Positions 10,995 to 24,863 of a stretch of 64,000 nt of DNA are shown here, one piece after another. This DNA comes from Rhizodiscina lignyota. Taxonomy: Eukaryota. The first letter of the stretch is position 1. Every line of letters starts with the position of its first letter. Made by a program: the position numbers and the translations under genes. The notes under the pieces were generated by a model. The model was not told the DNA's origin. It made no database searches and saw nothing but the letters and a program-made list of their open reading frames with translations. The stretch is taken from assembly GCA_010015805.1 (NCBI GenBank), contig ML978142.1, positions 124,001 to 188,000 on the forward strand. The letters run 5' to 3'.

Positions 10995-12647
10995 ATGATC
11001 CGACTCATCAACACCGAAACTCTCTGCCTAACGCTGTTCATGGGTGAGGCAATACCCGAATACGCAATCTTATCACATACGTGGGAGCATGACGGGGAGC
11101 TCTCCTTCCAAGATATGACAGCCATCCACCAGAACCAAGAGCGCCCGGGATACGCGAAGGTGTTCAATACTTGCAAAAGAGCTAGGACGGATGGCATCTC
11201 TTACGTATGGATCGACTCTTGCTGCATTGACAAGACGAGCAGTTCCGAGCTAAGTGAAGCGATTAACAGCATGTATCGATGGTATCAGAAAGCGTGTGTT
11301 TGCTATGCCTTCCTTTCCGATTTCGACTTTGAGTCCGCCAGCCCTGAGACTGCAATGCCGGGCTGTCGCTGGTTCACTAGAGGGTGGTGTTTGCAAGAGC
11401 TTCTTGCGCCGCAGAATGTGCACTTCTTCGATGTTCAATGGCGTTACATCGGATCGAAAGCAGACTTGAAAGTCCTCATCTCGAAGATCACTCGAATAGA
11501 CGAGCAAGTTCTCGTCGACAATAGCGTAGTCGGTTCCATACCTGTGGCCCGCAGAATGTCATGGGCTTCTGAGAGGAAAACCACCCGAGAGGAAGATATA
11601 GCCTACTGCCTCCTTGGCCTTTTTGATGTCAACATGCCGTTGATCTACGGCGAAGGCCCCAAGGCTTTCCTTCGACTGCAGGAGGAGATTATCAGGAACT
11701 CCAACGACCTGTCGATCTTTGCATTCCCCGGTCCACCTACAAGTCCTAGTCTATCTTTGCATTTCTGCGACCTGCTTGCACTGTCAACGAGTGATTTCAT
11801 GGGTTGCGGAAGTCTGTCACATATCGGAACCGACGTTCACTGGAACAATGCCTTTGCTTTAACTAACAAGGGTCTTTATTTTCAACGAGCTCGACTCCTA
11901 GTAGACACTCGTCAAAATTCGTACAGCATGCTTCTGAATTGCAAGCTTTCGGGGTCCAAATCTGCTGTGGTGTATCTTCGAAAGGTGGGACCGGGTCTCT
12001 TCGCGAGGTACAACGCCGACAATCCTGCCGACAATATGTGCGAAGTGGACATGGATGGATATGAACGCTACTCCGTAGAGTTTGAGGACGTATACATCAT
12101 TACAAGAATAACACCTTCAACACAGCTTCAGCTTGAACGCGCGGATGAGTACGCAATTCATATATGGTCTCAGAGCCATCGCATATCTAGAGCGATTCAA
12201 GTGCTTCAACGTTCTTCTTCCAGTAATCACTGGGATGCTTCTCGAATGCAGTTTATCACCAAAGGAGAGAGATCTTTTAGAGGCTATTGCAAAGTGTTTC
12301 CAAGCCTCATGCAAAGGACCGCCGAAGTAAAAGATCATTACCAACCCTTGAGTGGCCACTTCTATCTGGTATGTGGACTTGAGCGTCCTGAAAGTTGCTC
12401 GGCGCCGAGGGCATGGGTGCATCTATGCTCGCTGGAAGAGTGGAATGGCTTAGTGAAGAGACAAGGGATAATCACAAACCTTGATGATGTTTCAGGCTTT
12501 GGGGACGTCAGCGCTGCAAGTGACCAAATAAGATTGAGTGCAGTTCCCACACACTTGACAATCACTGCTACTATCAAGTTAGAAGAGAAAGAAGGATGGC
12601 CGCGCTTTGAACTGGAGCTTGATTTTGAAGAGGTGTCTGCTGCATAA
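10995..12647 (+). CDS. HET-domain protein (HET-E-type N-terminal HET domain), intact
   Basis: YAILSHTW, VWIDSCCIDKTSSSELSEAINSMYRWY, WFTRGWCLQELLAP, TTREEDIAYCLLGLF and YGEG..AFLRLQEEI motifs. Confidence 0.92.
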   Translation: MIRLINTETLCLTLFMGEAIPEYAILSHTWEHDGELSFQDMTAIHQNQERPGYAKVFNTCKRARTDGISYVWIDSCCIDKTSSSELSEAINSMYRWYQKACVCYAFLSDFDFESASPETAMPGCRWFTRGWCLQELLAPQNVHFFDVQWRYIGSKADLKVLISKITRIDEQVLVDNSVVGSIPVARRMSWASERKTTREEDIAYCLLGLFDVNMPLIYGEGPKAFLRLQEEIIRNSNDLSIFAFPGPPTSPSLSLHFCDLLALSTSDFMGCGSLSHIGTDVHWNNAFALTNKGLYFQRARLLVDTRQNSYSMLLNCKLSGSKSAVVYLRKVGPGLFARYNADNPADNMCEVDMDGYERYSVEFEDVYIITRITPSTQLQLERADEYAIHIWSQSHRISRAIQVLQRSSSSNHWDASRMQFITKGERSFRGYCKVFPSLMQRTAEVKDHYQPLSGHFYLVCGLERPESCSAPRAWVHLCSLEEWNGLVKRQGIITNLDDVSGFGDVSAASDQIRLSAVPTHLTITATIKLEEKEGWPRFELELDFEEVSAA

Positions 12648-13289
12648 ACGGCTCTGAAGGCACCCGAATCTAGCAGTGGCTGGAACGAGCATCCAGCGTC
12701 ACATCCAAGGGGTGGCATCTGCCTCTGACCCTAGGAGCAATGTAACGATCTTTGATCCGACCAAGCTGCTGTCCGCGTGGCCGATCAGGGCATATTGGAA
12801 GACGAAGCTGGACATTGCGTGCGGGCGGTCTGACCCGCAGGCACTTTGAGGTCCAAAAGACGAATAGGGGCGAATCGCCAATTGGGACCATCCAGGACCT
12901 GCGGGCTGGGATGACCTGGACGATTTTTGAAGGCGAGGGTAGCGCTGTGAACTTGAAATGCCACTGCTATGAGGATCGGAGGATCTGAGGAGCGATACAG
13001 TATGAATGAGTAATATATCAAACAATCCGCTACCATTGAACCTTCTCGCCAGAAGTCAACTGAGCACCTGAGCGCCGAGGCATTTTCGAGGTTTCCAGCG
13101 AACTCTGTATACCTAAGATATGCTTGTTTAGCACGCGGATCACGTCACGTACAATTGTGTAAACCATAACTTTCGTACCTCTCTCGGCCCCACTATCTTT
13201 ATATTGTGCGTGCTGATCCCAGTTCGTACTAGTCCACGATTCGCACCCACACCCAGATCATCGATTCTTCACCAATTTAATGTGATGCA

Positions 13290-14009
13290 TTAAACCAGTA
13301 ATTCACCGCCATAGTCCCCAGTGCCAGAGGAAGACAACGGCTGCGGATGTGGCTTGTCATGCGACTGGATATCCCAATTCCAGAGCAAGTGCGGAATTTG
13401 TGTGTAAACCTCGTCGATGCTAGTCCAGTAATGCTGGCTGTCTTCGTTTAATGGCCAGTTTGAAGGCGTGTGTTGGGCGGTATGTAGTTGCTGATCCATG
13501 TCTGGACAGAAAGGAGTGGGCAAAGATTGCGTCGTTGGCTGTTCGTAGGCATTTAGCGCATCAATGCAAACTAATGCCGGTGATAGGTTCGGCGTGCCGG
13601 CAGAAGCACATTGCATTTCCAGTGACTCAATTGCCGCCTCTCTCGTCTCGTCGTATTTCGAAACGTCATTTCCGCTGGTGCTCTCGCTCTGTGATTGCTT
13701 TCGCAGCCACGAAGGCGGGTCTTTGTCGACCGTCAAGAATACACATTCTCTCCCCAATCTCTCGCAATTCCTGCATTTTCCCTTCTGCTTTAATGGCCCG
13801 AGTACACAGCGCGTTTTCCGATTGCGGCAATACTTGCACGCTATCGATGTGCGATAGTACGGAAGCTTATGCCGCGGTCGCTTGAGATATGCCTGAGACT
13901 CTGGTTCCGGAGAGATGGTGCACTTCGGTTTGCCGTCAATGGTGCGCTTCGAAGAACTGGGTAGATCTGAAGTCATTTTAGGCTCTTCGGGACTGGAAGC
14001 GACATGCAT
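13290..14009 (-). CDS. Zn(II)2Cys6 transcription factor (short, no middle homology region seen)
   Basis: RTSIACKYCRNRKTRCVLGPLKQKGKCRNCERLGREC matches the Cys6 binuclear cluster pattern. Confidence 0.8.
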   Translation of the reverse strand: MHVASSPEEPKMTSDLPSSSKRTIDGKPKCTISPEPESQAYLKRPRHKLPYYRTSIACKYCRNRKTRCVLGPLKQKGKCRNCERLGRECVFLTVDKDPPSWLRKQSQSESTSGNDVSKYDETREAAIESLEMQCASAGTPNLSPALVCIDALNAYEQPTTQSLPTPFCPDMDQQLHTAQHTPSNWPLNEDSQHYWTSIDEVYTQIPHLLWNWDIQSHDKPHPQPLSSSGTGDYGGELLV

Positions 14010-14412
14010 TGGGAGTGAGTTGATAGGAATGATAGACTGACAAGAGAGCGAACAGGGCCGAGCGACGAAAGGGCGGCGGGGAAGTATTGAATTTTGTATA
14101 GATATCGTGCAGACCTCGGAGGTTCCACTCCGTATGGGCTTCTTATCGCATATCTAGTTCCCTGAAGGATTCCAGGGCCTCCTTGCCCATTGACACCGTT
14201 TGTCTCGGAAATTAATAATGTGGGCCTGTGTTGCAAGGGACGCGTGACAAGGATCTACTCTAGCGTGTTCAAAAGTGACAATTTTGCAAAGGCGGCTAAT
14301 TAGACGAAGTGATCATATAAATATAATTCCACGAGTCGCGATTTCTCCTCTCTCAAATTTGATCCAAGATAGATGCTAACAGCTCATGATCCATCTCGGA
14401 CGTGCTCCATGT

Positions 14413-16130
14413 TTACTCATGTGCTGCTTTTTCAGCAACAGCTTGTGACGTGTGGGACTTGTCTTCTCCGGCGTCATCTGGGACAACTTCTACGCCTTCG
14501 ACGTCACCCAGCTGTGCTTTCCCCATGTCTTCCTCAACGTGATGAGGCACGATCACCGTGTCCTCTTTGAAATAGTTGGTGTCAGCTATGAAATAGAGCG
14601 CGACAGGGTAGAGCAGACAGATGCCGACAAAGTAGCATGCAAATTGGAACGACAGTTGCGCGAGATAAGAGCCTCCGTTGCCGTCAATGATGAAACTGAA
14701 CATCATGCCGAGGGCAGTAACACCCCTGAAGACACCTGCATATCGAGCAAGACGTGTCGGATCATTGGTAAGGGAGCAGATGACGTATTGTGTCGCGATC
14801 TGATAGATGCCTGAGAAACTAGTGGTCAGCGTCAATTCTGTTGATTGATACAAGTCGGAGAATTACTATAAACGCTTCCATAGATCGTGTAGATGACGAA
14901 TGCGCCTGCGAAGGAATCGTCCGTCCAGTCAACCGAGGGTCCAGGCCCGCTGCGGTCAAGGTTGTGCTGGACGAGCCATGCAGATTCGGCGGAACAGATC
15001 GCTAGTGTAATTGCACTCATAACCGTTATACCAATCAAGGCTCGAGTCCTTCGACGACCGAATCGTTTGTTGTCGAGGATGTATGTCATACCGAAACTAG
15101 CTGGCAACTGAATGAAGTTGAAGGCCACGTTGTTGAGAGACCTTGTCCTCAGATTGAAGTAGTAGCCGTTTATTGAGCTTTCAAGAGCCAAAGCCATCTC
15201 AGCTAACATTGGTTAGAATTTCGTTTCCCGGTTTCCGAATCAAAACTGACCTGTGAAAATCGCAGGTAAAAGCATCATGAACTTGTAGTCCTTGAACAAG
15301 CTGGCAACCCCGAGCAACTCGTCCTTGAGATTCGGCTGCTTGAAGATCGCAATATGAGTGCCATCGCTTCTTTTGACGTTTTTCGGTTTTACGAGCAATG
15401 TGAGGGCCATGGCCATGGCAATAACCTGGATGACGACAAATACAATGTAAACGGGCGTGGGCGCTCCGCCACCTTGGTCATCATTGTGTATGTTGATGCC
15501 CAGAGCTACAAGAGCTGCAATGGTGGAACCACCCTCGCAGAAGCACCACTGGATGGTGATATAGAGAGCTTTGTCCTCTTCCTCTGCATACGAGTAGGCG
15601 ACGTATCCTGCGGACGCCCAGAGCAGAGCGGCGGAGACACCTTCGATCCCACCGCCCATGTACGCAAACCACGAATGCCCCGATCGGTCAAAGTACCACA
15701 GTCCTCCCTGAGTCTTGGTGAGAAGTTGGCAAGCGATAACGGAATGGAAGACACACAGTGTAGAGCGAGTACCCAATCGACCCCAAGAACATGGTATATT
15801 TCGGTCCGATCATGTTCAAAGTGGTTCCGCTGAACCAACCCGTCAGGAAGAAGACACTGAGACTGTGAGCAGGCCGCTGTGAAATGAACGATGGATTTAA
15901 GCATACCCATAAAGAATCGAATTCACATTTGCAGCAACTGATTGAGAGGATGGTTTTCCACCACCAGCACCCAGCCCAGTCAAGGCGAGATAGATGCCCG
16001 GAAGACAGAACAACAGTGAACTAGAACCGTCAATATTTTGACCTTCTTCAGGGTGACTGCGGGCTTACCCTGCAATGGCATTCTGGACGAAAGGGTGGTT
16101 AAGCCGAATGTTTTCCTTCTTGAACGCCAT
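14413..16130 (-). CDS. UNC93-like MFS transporter, multi-exon
   Basis: MAFKKENIRLNHPFVQNAIA...LFCLPGIYLALTGLGAGGGK, ALLWASAGYVAYSYAEE, NGYYFNLRTRSLNN and LTNDPTRLARYAGVFRG motifs across ORFs 14413-15776. Confidence 0.85.
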
Positions 16131-16269
16131 CGCCGCTGATTTTGGCACTGCCTTCCCGTGTAATGGAGGAAGTAGAATTGCTCGAGATTCTCGGATTGAT
16201 GTCCATGATAACTTCTTTATGAGCCCAGGAGAATGGGTCAAATACAGGGAAAGTGGCCATGACCAAGAG

Positions 16270-16601
16270 CGGCACTGTATCAGACTATCAGTCTGCACTC
16301 ATGAGGATGTTGAAGATGGAGAAAGTACAGGGGAAGGTTGATCGGCGCTGGGGAAGCCCTCTGCGGCACTGTATCGCCCAATTACCTGCGCAAGCTATGC
16401 AGGAGCGGCACTGTATCGTCGAATGATTATTGCGAGTCATCGCCTCCTTTAGTCAGTTTTACCCAGTCGGTGCTCCATCGAGGCTAGTGCGGGATTTGGG
16501 CGCACAACTGCCCGCAGCTTAGCAGCATTCCATCTGGCATGACAGGATGCGAGCATGCGAGCACTTTTCCACGTTTGTACAGCTCCACTGATACAGTGCC
16601 G
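16270..16601. promoter_or_regulatory. Four exact copies of 12-bp CGGCACTGTATC in a divergent promoter (candidate Zn2Cys6 sites)
   Basis: + strand copies at 16270-16281, 16364-16375 and 16406-16417; - strand copy (GATACAGTGCCG) at 16590-16601. Confidence 0.7.
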
Positions 16602-16762
16602 ACGCAGACGACTCCTTTCCATCAATGAGAGCCTCAACTCGGTGCGACTTTCGGAGTTGGAGGACGTGACGAGGACTATGTTTATTTTGTTTGTCTGTAA
16701 GTAGGCGTAGGTAGACCGTCAATTCTTCGCCTCAACCTGCATCACCACTCATTCAAATTCTC

Positions 16763-18222
16763 ATGAGGATGTCATATTCATCCCCTCGTATCCGCCTCGC
16801 TGCGTGCAAGGCCTTCAACACTCCCTCATCGCGTCTACCGTCAAAACCCTCGCTTGGTCTCGTCTCATGGCAGAAGCATTTGTTTCGCGCGAATAGCGTT
16901 CGCTACGCATCCACGACGTTGAAAGTTAACCAAAGCCGGCTGTGGGATACTTTACACCACACCGCACAATGGGGTGCGACCCCCGACGGTGGCGTGAGGC
17001 GCTTGACACTGACTCCCGAGGACAAGGCGGTCAGAGAATGGTTTGTACAGCATGCAGAGGAGATTGGAGCGGCTGTGAAGATTGACCAGATGGGGAACCT
17101 CTTTGCCATTCGGCCAGGCCGAAACAACTCCATGCCACCCATCGGGATTGGTTCTCACTTAGATACACAGCCTGCAGGTGGTCGATATGACGGTATCTTG
17201 GGCGTACAGGCGGGTATTGAGGCATTGAAGGTATTAAAGGAGAACAACTACGAAACGTATGCTCCTATCGCCGTAATCAATTGGACCAACGAGGAAGGAG
17301 CTCGTTTCAATACCGGCATGCTGTCTTCTGGTGTCTGGGCCGGCCAGATCGACCAAGATTACGCCTACAACCATAGAGATGCCGACGGAAAACTCTTTGG
17401 CGACGAGCTGAAGGCCATTGGTTTCCAGGGGTCTCTGGAAGCGTCTCACAAAGCGAATCCACTCTCCGCTCATTTCGAGTACCACATCGAACAGGGCCCA
17501 GTATTGTTGGACGCCAAAAAGCCAATCGGTGTCGTTACTGGCGTTCAAGGTATGGGCTGGCTCATTGTCACAGTAACCGGACGCTGCCAGCACTGTGGGA
17601 CAACTCCAATGGATCGTCGAGCAGACGCGCTTCTTGCAGCAAGCCGGATGATTTCGCGGGTTAATGAGATTGCTCTCGAGAGCGGTGGAATGACTACGGT
17701 TGGTGTCATCAATTCAGAGCCCCAGAGCCCCGGTACCATCCCAGGGAAAGTGGTCTTCAGTGTTGACTTCTGCCACCTCGACAATGACGCTATGGATGCG
17801 ATGGTTGCTCGAACACGTTCTGAGTTTGCAGATATCGCCAAGGCGCACAACAACGAAGTTGGCATTGAACAAATTTGGCGCAGCGCTGCCGTCAAGTTTC
17901 ATCCGGAATGCATTGACTGTGTCACTCAAGCAGCGATTGATAGCGTTGGGCCCGACGGCTATATGGAATTGCCAGCTGGGGCAGGACACGACAGTGTCAA
18001 TACCAGTTATATCTGCCCAACATCGATGGTGTTCATTCCATCTCAAGGGGGAATATCGCATCACCCATCCGAGTACTCAACACCTGAAGATTGGTATGTG
18101 GCAATATCCCGAGAGCTTGAGCATATACACTCTGACATTCATCTAGTGCACAAGGAGCACAAGTACTACTGGATGCAGTACTCCGATTTGATAAGAAGCT
18201 CGAGGCAACGCATACGCATTGA
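16763..18222 (+). CDS. Beta-alanine synthase / N-carbamoyl-amino-acid amidohydrolase (M20 hydantoinase-carbamoylase family) with probable mitochondrial presequence
   Basis: GSHLDTQPAGGRYDGILGV, WTNEEGARF, EYHIEQGPVL, GAGHDS and GGISHHPSEYST motifs. Intron ~18094-18145, then CAQGAQVLLDAVLRFDKKLEATHTH*. Confidence 0.9.
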
Positions 18223-18423
18223 TGCGGCTGAACCGAAAGATCAAAGCCGATGTATTGCGATTCGTTCATCTTTTGCAGCAACATTAATCGCGCGAAAGGA
18301 CTTGACTGTCACTCTCTGCATGGGTCAGCGGAGCAAATCAGAAACATGTCGACATAACTGCTTACATGCTCAGTAATGGACGAACATATAGTTGTTCTCC
18401 TTCGATAAGAATGGCACTCACGC

Positions 18424-20325
18424 CTATATCATGGTAGAAGCCGATGTCGACAGAGCCACCGGGGTGTTGCCAGTGAAATTGAAACCCAGGAACTCCACGT
18501 ACACTTGTTTGGTGCCGCCGTCGAAGTTCCAAAAGATATTGAGTTGATCATCGTCCCTGTATCCGCGCATGCCCCATTCTACGTGCTGTAAATCTAGATC
18601 ATCCCCTTGACGGGCCGATCCCGCCTGCATTGGCGGGCTTGCATCTCTCCCTTGTGATGCTGTCTGTAGTAACCGGGCGCGTAGCGGATGAGGAATAGGT
18701 GAACGCCGAGTGAATTTTTGATTGGGCAGACTGGGCGATGGCGGCAGAACTTCCTCTTCCCGTGGATTCCTTTCAATGGACTTCTCGATATCTAACCGAA
18801 AAACGCCTCCCAAAACTAAGTCATCCGCCACGCGAATAGAGTAGAATTCGTCAGCGGTAGAGAGTACACGTTCACTGCCATTTGCTGTCAAAGCTGGGGT
18901 TCTCGAAGCTGTCTTCGTTTCGTATGAAGATTATGATGTCTTAGCAGAATCAGCGAATGAGACCAATTCTAGGTTGCAAAACCATTTTCGACCTTCGCAC
19001 TTGAGAGCGAAAGCAATGGAATCGTTGAACCGATGTGCATGAGGAAATACAAGTACGAACTAGCCGAGCAGGCCATCTGCAGAAAAAAACCCTTTCTCTT
19101 GGTTCCAGCATCCAGTCGGATAAGCATCTCGACAGGGCTGGAAACTTTCTGATAACTTCCTCAAGAGAAAGATTGTTCCGTTGAAAGTTTACCTGGGGCG
19201 CTCTTGAGTATATATTTTCTTCCAGATGAATCACAGCCATCGTAAGCTACTAAGGGGGCAATATGGATTTTCTTCTGCCACACAACCCAATGCAACATAA
19301 CACACTTCATGTTCCTTGCGGACGGTGGCGCGTTCGGGGCCAACAGCTTGACTTTATTCTTGAGAAAGGCGGAGTCAATCCTGAGACCACGATTTGTCAT
19401 GGAGTGCGGTGCTCCGGGGTTTATTGTGGGCATCTGGGAGGGAATTATGTTCCAAGAGTTGTCAAAATACGCGGGAGAGGTTGACAACAACGGCCCTTGG
19501 AAGAACCTGTGCGCGTCCGGTGATAGCCCTAGGTTTTCGAAGAGGCGAAAGTGATTCCAGCCAAGGCCTTTTGGAAAACACTTCAGGCCCCAGGCAAACA
19601 TGGATTGATCATCGTTCACTTTCATGGTTTCTTCTTGAAGTCTTGTAAATACATTTTCAGCGCCTTCACCGTACCAAAAGTGGCATTTGGACATTGAAAA
19701 GTCCCAGGAGACAGTAAGCCGTGTCTCAGCTCTTGAAGTTTGACGTTTGGGTGCCCAAGAAAAGCGCCGTGCTATGCTCGCCGAAGATAAGTATTATTGA
19801 TGATTGATGTATTTGACGGGAATGTTTGTAACGTTTTTGATTTCACTTTCGAGTCGCCGGTCCAGTAGCTGGTGCATGGGCGTCTTCCCGACAAAGCCTT
19901 TGCAAATCCAGTCTTTATTGTAGAACTTCACTGTATCCGGTGCGAGCGGTTCCTGTAGGGTCCAGCCCTTGTAAACCAACGGCATAGGCCGAAGCAATCC
20001 GCACAGAAGGTAGCCTCCGACCCAGCGGCTAATCCTTGCACAGGCGTATTATGATCGCAAGGTCTGCATGTTTGGTCGAGAGGATCGCTGCTGCTTTTAC
20101 CGATACAGCAGGTGTCAATCCAAACATACTGAAATTGCTCTGCTTTTGCCAGACGACAGCACTGGAGAATCTTAGCATGGCCTGCTTTACCAGACGCTCC
20201 GGCAAGGCTGGTTTCTTGAATTGTCACCTCTTCCTCTCGCCATGTATGAATAAAATGGCCTACGGTAGAACAGAGCTATCCTGGAATACTTCAAGAGCTT
20301 TCGTTTCCACGTTCAGCAATCTCAT
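18424..20325 (-). pseudogene. Degenerate HET-domain gene
   Basis: MRLLNVETKALEVF...LP*AIL (TAG at 20260-20262), then frameshifted HTWREEEV, YVWIDTCCI, CRWFTR / GWTLQE, YGEGAENVFTRLQEE and DQSMFAW fragments in different frames. The 3' limit is uncertain. Confidence 0.85.
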
Positions 20326-20592
20326 ACGGAGTAGTGGCTCTAGAATGTGAATGGCTGACTTCGCGGATTCGAGCAATTCGCCAGTGAGCGGAACCCGAGC
20401 GACATTGACAGGAGCAGCAGGGCAGGGCAGGAGGCTGATAGGAGACTTTGAAAACGTGCTGTGTAAATTTCCCGAGTCAGCATAAATAACCGGAACAAGA
20501 AATTAAGGACATTTCTTATCGATAAGGAGCCAGCCTTGTCGTGAAAGCGATGTCTTGCTTCACCTGCTCACATCTCTTTGCATAGAGACATC

Positions 20593-21451
20593 ATGGCCGG
20601 ACCATATCCTGAAGTCCAAGGCGGCGGCTCCTTGATCCTTGCATGGCAGGTCAGGAACAGACGCGTGCTCGTCGTTGGTGGCGGCGATGTAGGTGCAATA
20701 TCGTCTATATGACACATTCTTGGAATAGTCATGATAAAAACACTATAGACATATACGATGCTGACAATATGATCAGGTTGCAGCCGGTCGCATTCTGAAT
20801 CTCCTCAACGCCGACGCCCTTCTTACAATCATCGCACCCCTTCCTCTTCACCCCGAAATCCAATATCGTCTCACTACACATGCCTCGCGAGTAGCACACA
20901 TTCCGCGGAAATTCGAGCCGTCCGACCTCGATGACCCATCAATAGCCATGGTACTCACCGCCGTCGACGACCCCGAAGCTTCAACTCGAATCTACACACT
21001 CTGCAAGGAGAAAAGAATACCCGTGAACGTCGCAGACGTCCCTCCAGAATGCGACTTCTACTTTGGCAGCACGCATAGAGACGGCCCGCTGCAGATAATG
21101 GTCAGCACGAACGGCAACGGCCCCAAGCTGGCGAGTCTGGTGCGGAAGCAGATCGCGAGGAGTCTGCCCCCCAATATTGGTGACGCGATCGCGAAGGTCG
21201 GGCAATTAAGGAAGAAGCTGAGGCGCATTGCCCCGACACAACAAGAGGGGCCGAAGAGGATGCAGTGGATGTCAAAGGTGTGCGAGACGTGGTCGTTTCA
21301 AGAGTTATGTGATATGACAGATGAGGATATGGAGGCGTTGTTGGGATTCTATGGGCCCAATGCTGTCCCATCGCTGCAGCAGTTACGATACGGCGAGCAA
21401 CCTGACACCTTTGGGTATGACGGGTCGTTTGGATGGAGTTGCGTCATCTGA
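20593..21451 (+). CDS. MET8: Siroheme synthase Met8 (precorrin-2 dehydrogenase / ferrochelatase), 2 exons
   Basis: MAGPYPEVQGGGSLILAWQVRNRRVLVVGGGD|VAAGRIL..., VNVADVPPECDFYFGS and LQIMVSTNGNGPKLA. Confidence 0.92.
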
Positions 21452-21587
21452 TCGAGACTTTGAGATGCCCTGCTAAACAAGGTTCATGATTGCATCACTC
21501 TGGGCAATCTGGTAAGGTACATTAAAGTTGTGGTAAGAACACAACGGTCGAATGATATCACGACAAGAAAGCACGCCAGATGCAAGG

Positions 21588-22861
<1,274 letters not shown>

Positions 22862-23092
22862 GGCTTCGGATGATAAGAGATGAATACAGTTCTGACGAAA
22901 GGAGCAGAGAAATGAGATCGCAATGAGAGTGATATACTTTCCTTTCCTTTTATCCTCTCATGTACGGAATCCGTCTGAGATCACGATATACGGCTACACG
23001 CGGCGTCTGTGTTCTGTGCTCGTGAGCATCTATCACTTCTGAGAATTCGGGGTCGAATTTGGTTGTCGGAGGATGACGATGTGGTCGGCTTG

Positions 23093-23129
23093 TCCTGAGA
23101 TATCCGCTAAGAAAGTCCTGAGCTAGCCG
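23093..23129 (-). promoter_or_regulatory. Two tandem CGG(A/C)TA(G/T)CTCAGGA sites upstream of hppD (candidate HmgR sites)
   Basis: TCCTGAGATATCCGC at 23093-23107 and TCCTGAGCTAGCCG at 23116-23129. Confidence 0.6.
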
Positions 23130-23517
23130 ACGATGGCTCGAGTCATGCGTTCTCCGAACCTTCATGGTCAATGACTCGGCTGCCAGAGCGCAGTTATTCC
23201 GCGCCTCGTCAGGGGAGCAGCTGTTGCACTGGAAGCCTCAACATGTTATTATTCAGTGGAAAATCATTTGATGTAGCCGTTGAATACATCGTACATGTCG
23301 GATGAGCGGGAGGTTATTACGCGGTGAATGAAGTGTGCCACGTGTTGATGGACATGGACATGGACGTCGATAATTGTGACAATGAACTCTCTTCCCATCA
23401 TGATCCACTATCAGGGTTGTTCAGAACATGATTGACAAGATTGACTTTTGGGTTAGCGTCGATCTGAGTCCGGCAAAGCCTGGACCGACCTTTCGTGCCG
23501 TGAAAAGACATTTGCCC

Positions 23518-24863
23518 TCAATTCTCCAATGCTGGGAGAATAACGCCAGCGCAGTCGCCGAATCCAACACAATCCTCCCCTTGTCCAGCAGTGCCCCTAA
23601 GGATTACCTCATCCCCATCCTCTAAAAAGGCCCTCTGCACGCCATCAATTGTGAACGGCTCCTTTCCATTCTTCGTCATCTCCAGAAGACTGCCAACACT
23701 GTCTGCCTCCGTGCCTGATATGGTACCACTACCCAGCAAGTCCCCGGTATTCATTGCGCATCCAGTGACTGTGTGATGCGTGAGCATCTGAGGGAACGAA
23801 TAGAGCAGGTACTTTGAATTGGATCTCGAAATCACCTTCCCTTTATCTGTTCCTGAAGGTCGGAGCTCAACTTCCAATTTGATGTCATACGCGTTGTCCT
23901 TTCTTGGCTCTGTCAAGTAAGGCAAAAGCTGTCCTGAGTCGGACCTTTGCAGGCCTGAAGTGCGGAACGGTTCGAGCGCCTCCGGCAACACGACCCATGG
24001 TGAAATCGTAGTGCCAAAGTTCTTGGAGTTGAAAGGGCCCAAAGGAACGTATTCCCAGGCTTGGATGTCTCTCGCGCTCCAGTCATTCATCAGGACATAA
24101 CCAAAAACGTGCTCTTCCGCATCCTTGATATCGATCGGACTGCCCATCTCGTTCGGTTTGGACACGAAGCATGCAAGCTCGAGCTCAATGTCCAGCTTCT
24201 TGCAGGGGCTGAAGATTGGTAGTTTTGGTTCAGCCGTCGGGTCGGTCAAGATCTGACCCCTTGGTCGTCGGATCGGTGTTCCGGATACAACAACTGTTGA
24301 TGCACGGCCATGGTAGCCAACAGGTAGGTGAGTGTAATTTGGCTGAAGAGCATTTGAAGCCCCACGGAAGAGCACGCCAACGTTGAATGCGTGATTAAGC
24401 CCTCAACCAACGTCAGCTCTCTTTCCAACAGAACATCTACTGGTGCTGACATACCTGCGTAGAAGTCCGTATAATCCCCTATGTGGAACGGAAGGTGGCA
24501 TTGGACTTGGGAGAGATGAGTGAAAACAAGCTTCTGTAGCTCCTCGTTGTCTTTCAGGAGCTCAGGGTGTGGAGTGTCCTCTGCAAGAACGGATTGGATA
24601 TACTGGCGCGTTTGGTACTGAATATTGAAAGCTGCCAGGCCATTGAGAGCCGGTTGGGCGAAGACAGACGAATACGGCTGCAGCTCCTTTGATTTTGAGA
24701 AACCGCCAGCGGCAGTGAATGCAAAGAGGTCCAGTGCAAAGTCCCCAATGGCTATTGCAACTCTGCCTGTAGGCTGTTCTTTTGTTGAGATGACTCCGAA
24801 TGGAAGGTTGGCAATGGAGAACGGGGACCCAGATGGGACTCGGAGCCACGATTTCAATGCCAT
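23518..24863 (-). CDS. fahA: Fumarylacetoacetate hydrolase, 2 exons
   Basis: SPFSIANLPFG, IGDYTDFYA|GLNHAFNVG, LPVGYHGRAS, LDIELE, NDWSARDIQAWEYVPLGPF and GDLLGSGTISG. Confidence 0.96.

Noticed and set aside
16270..16601. The 12-bp repeats as a CRISPR-like array or minisatellite
   Set aside because: Repeats are too short, irregularly spaced and in mixed orientation in a eukaryotic promoter; better explained as TF sites.
20260..20262. Premature TAG in the HET pseudogene (and TAA at 56004) as A-to-I editing-corrected stops
   Set aside because: Editing yields Trp, but both positions correspond to conserved Tyr (YAILSH, YxAG). The 18-20 kb locus also has frameshifts.
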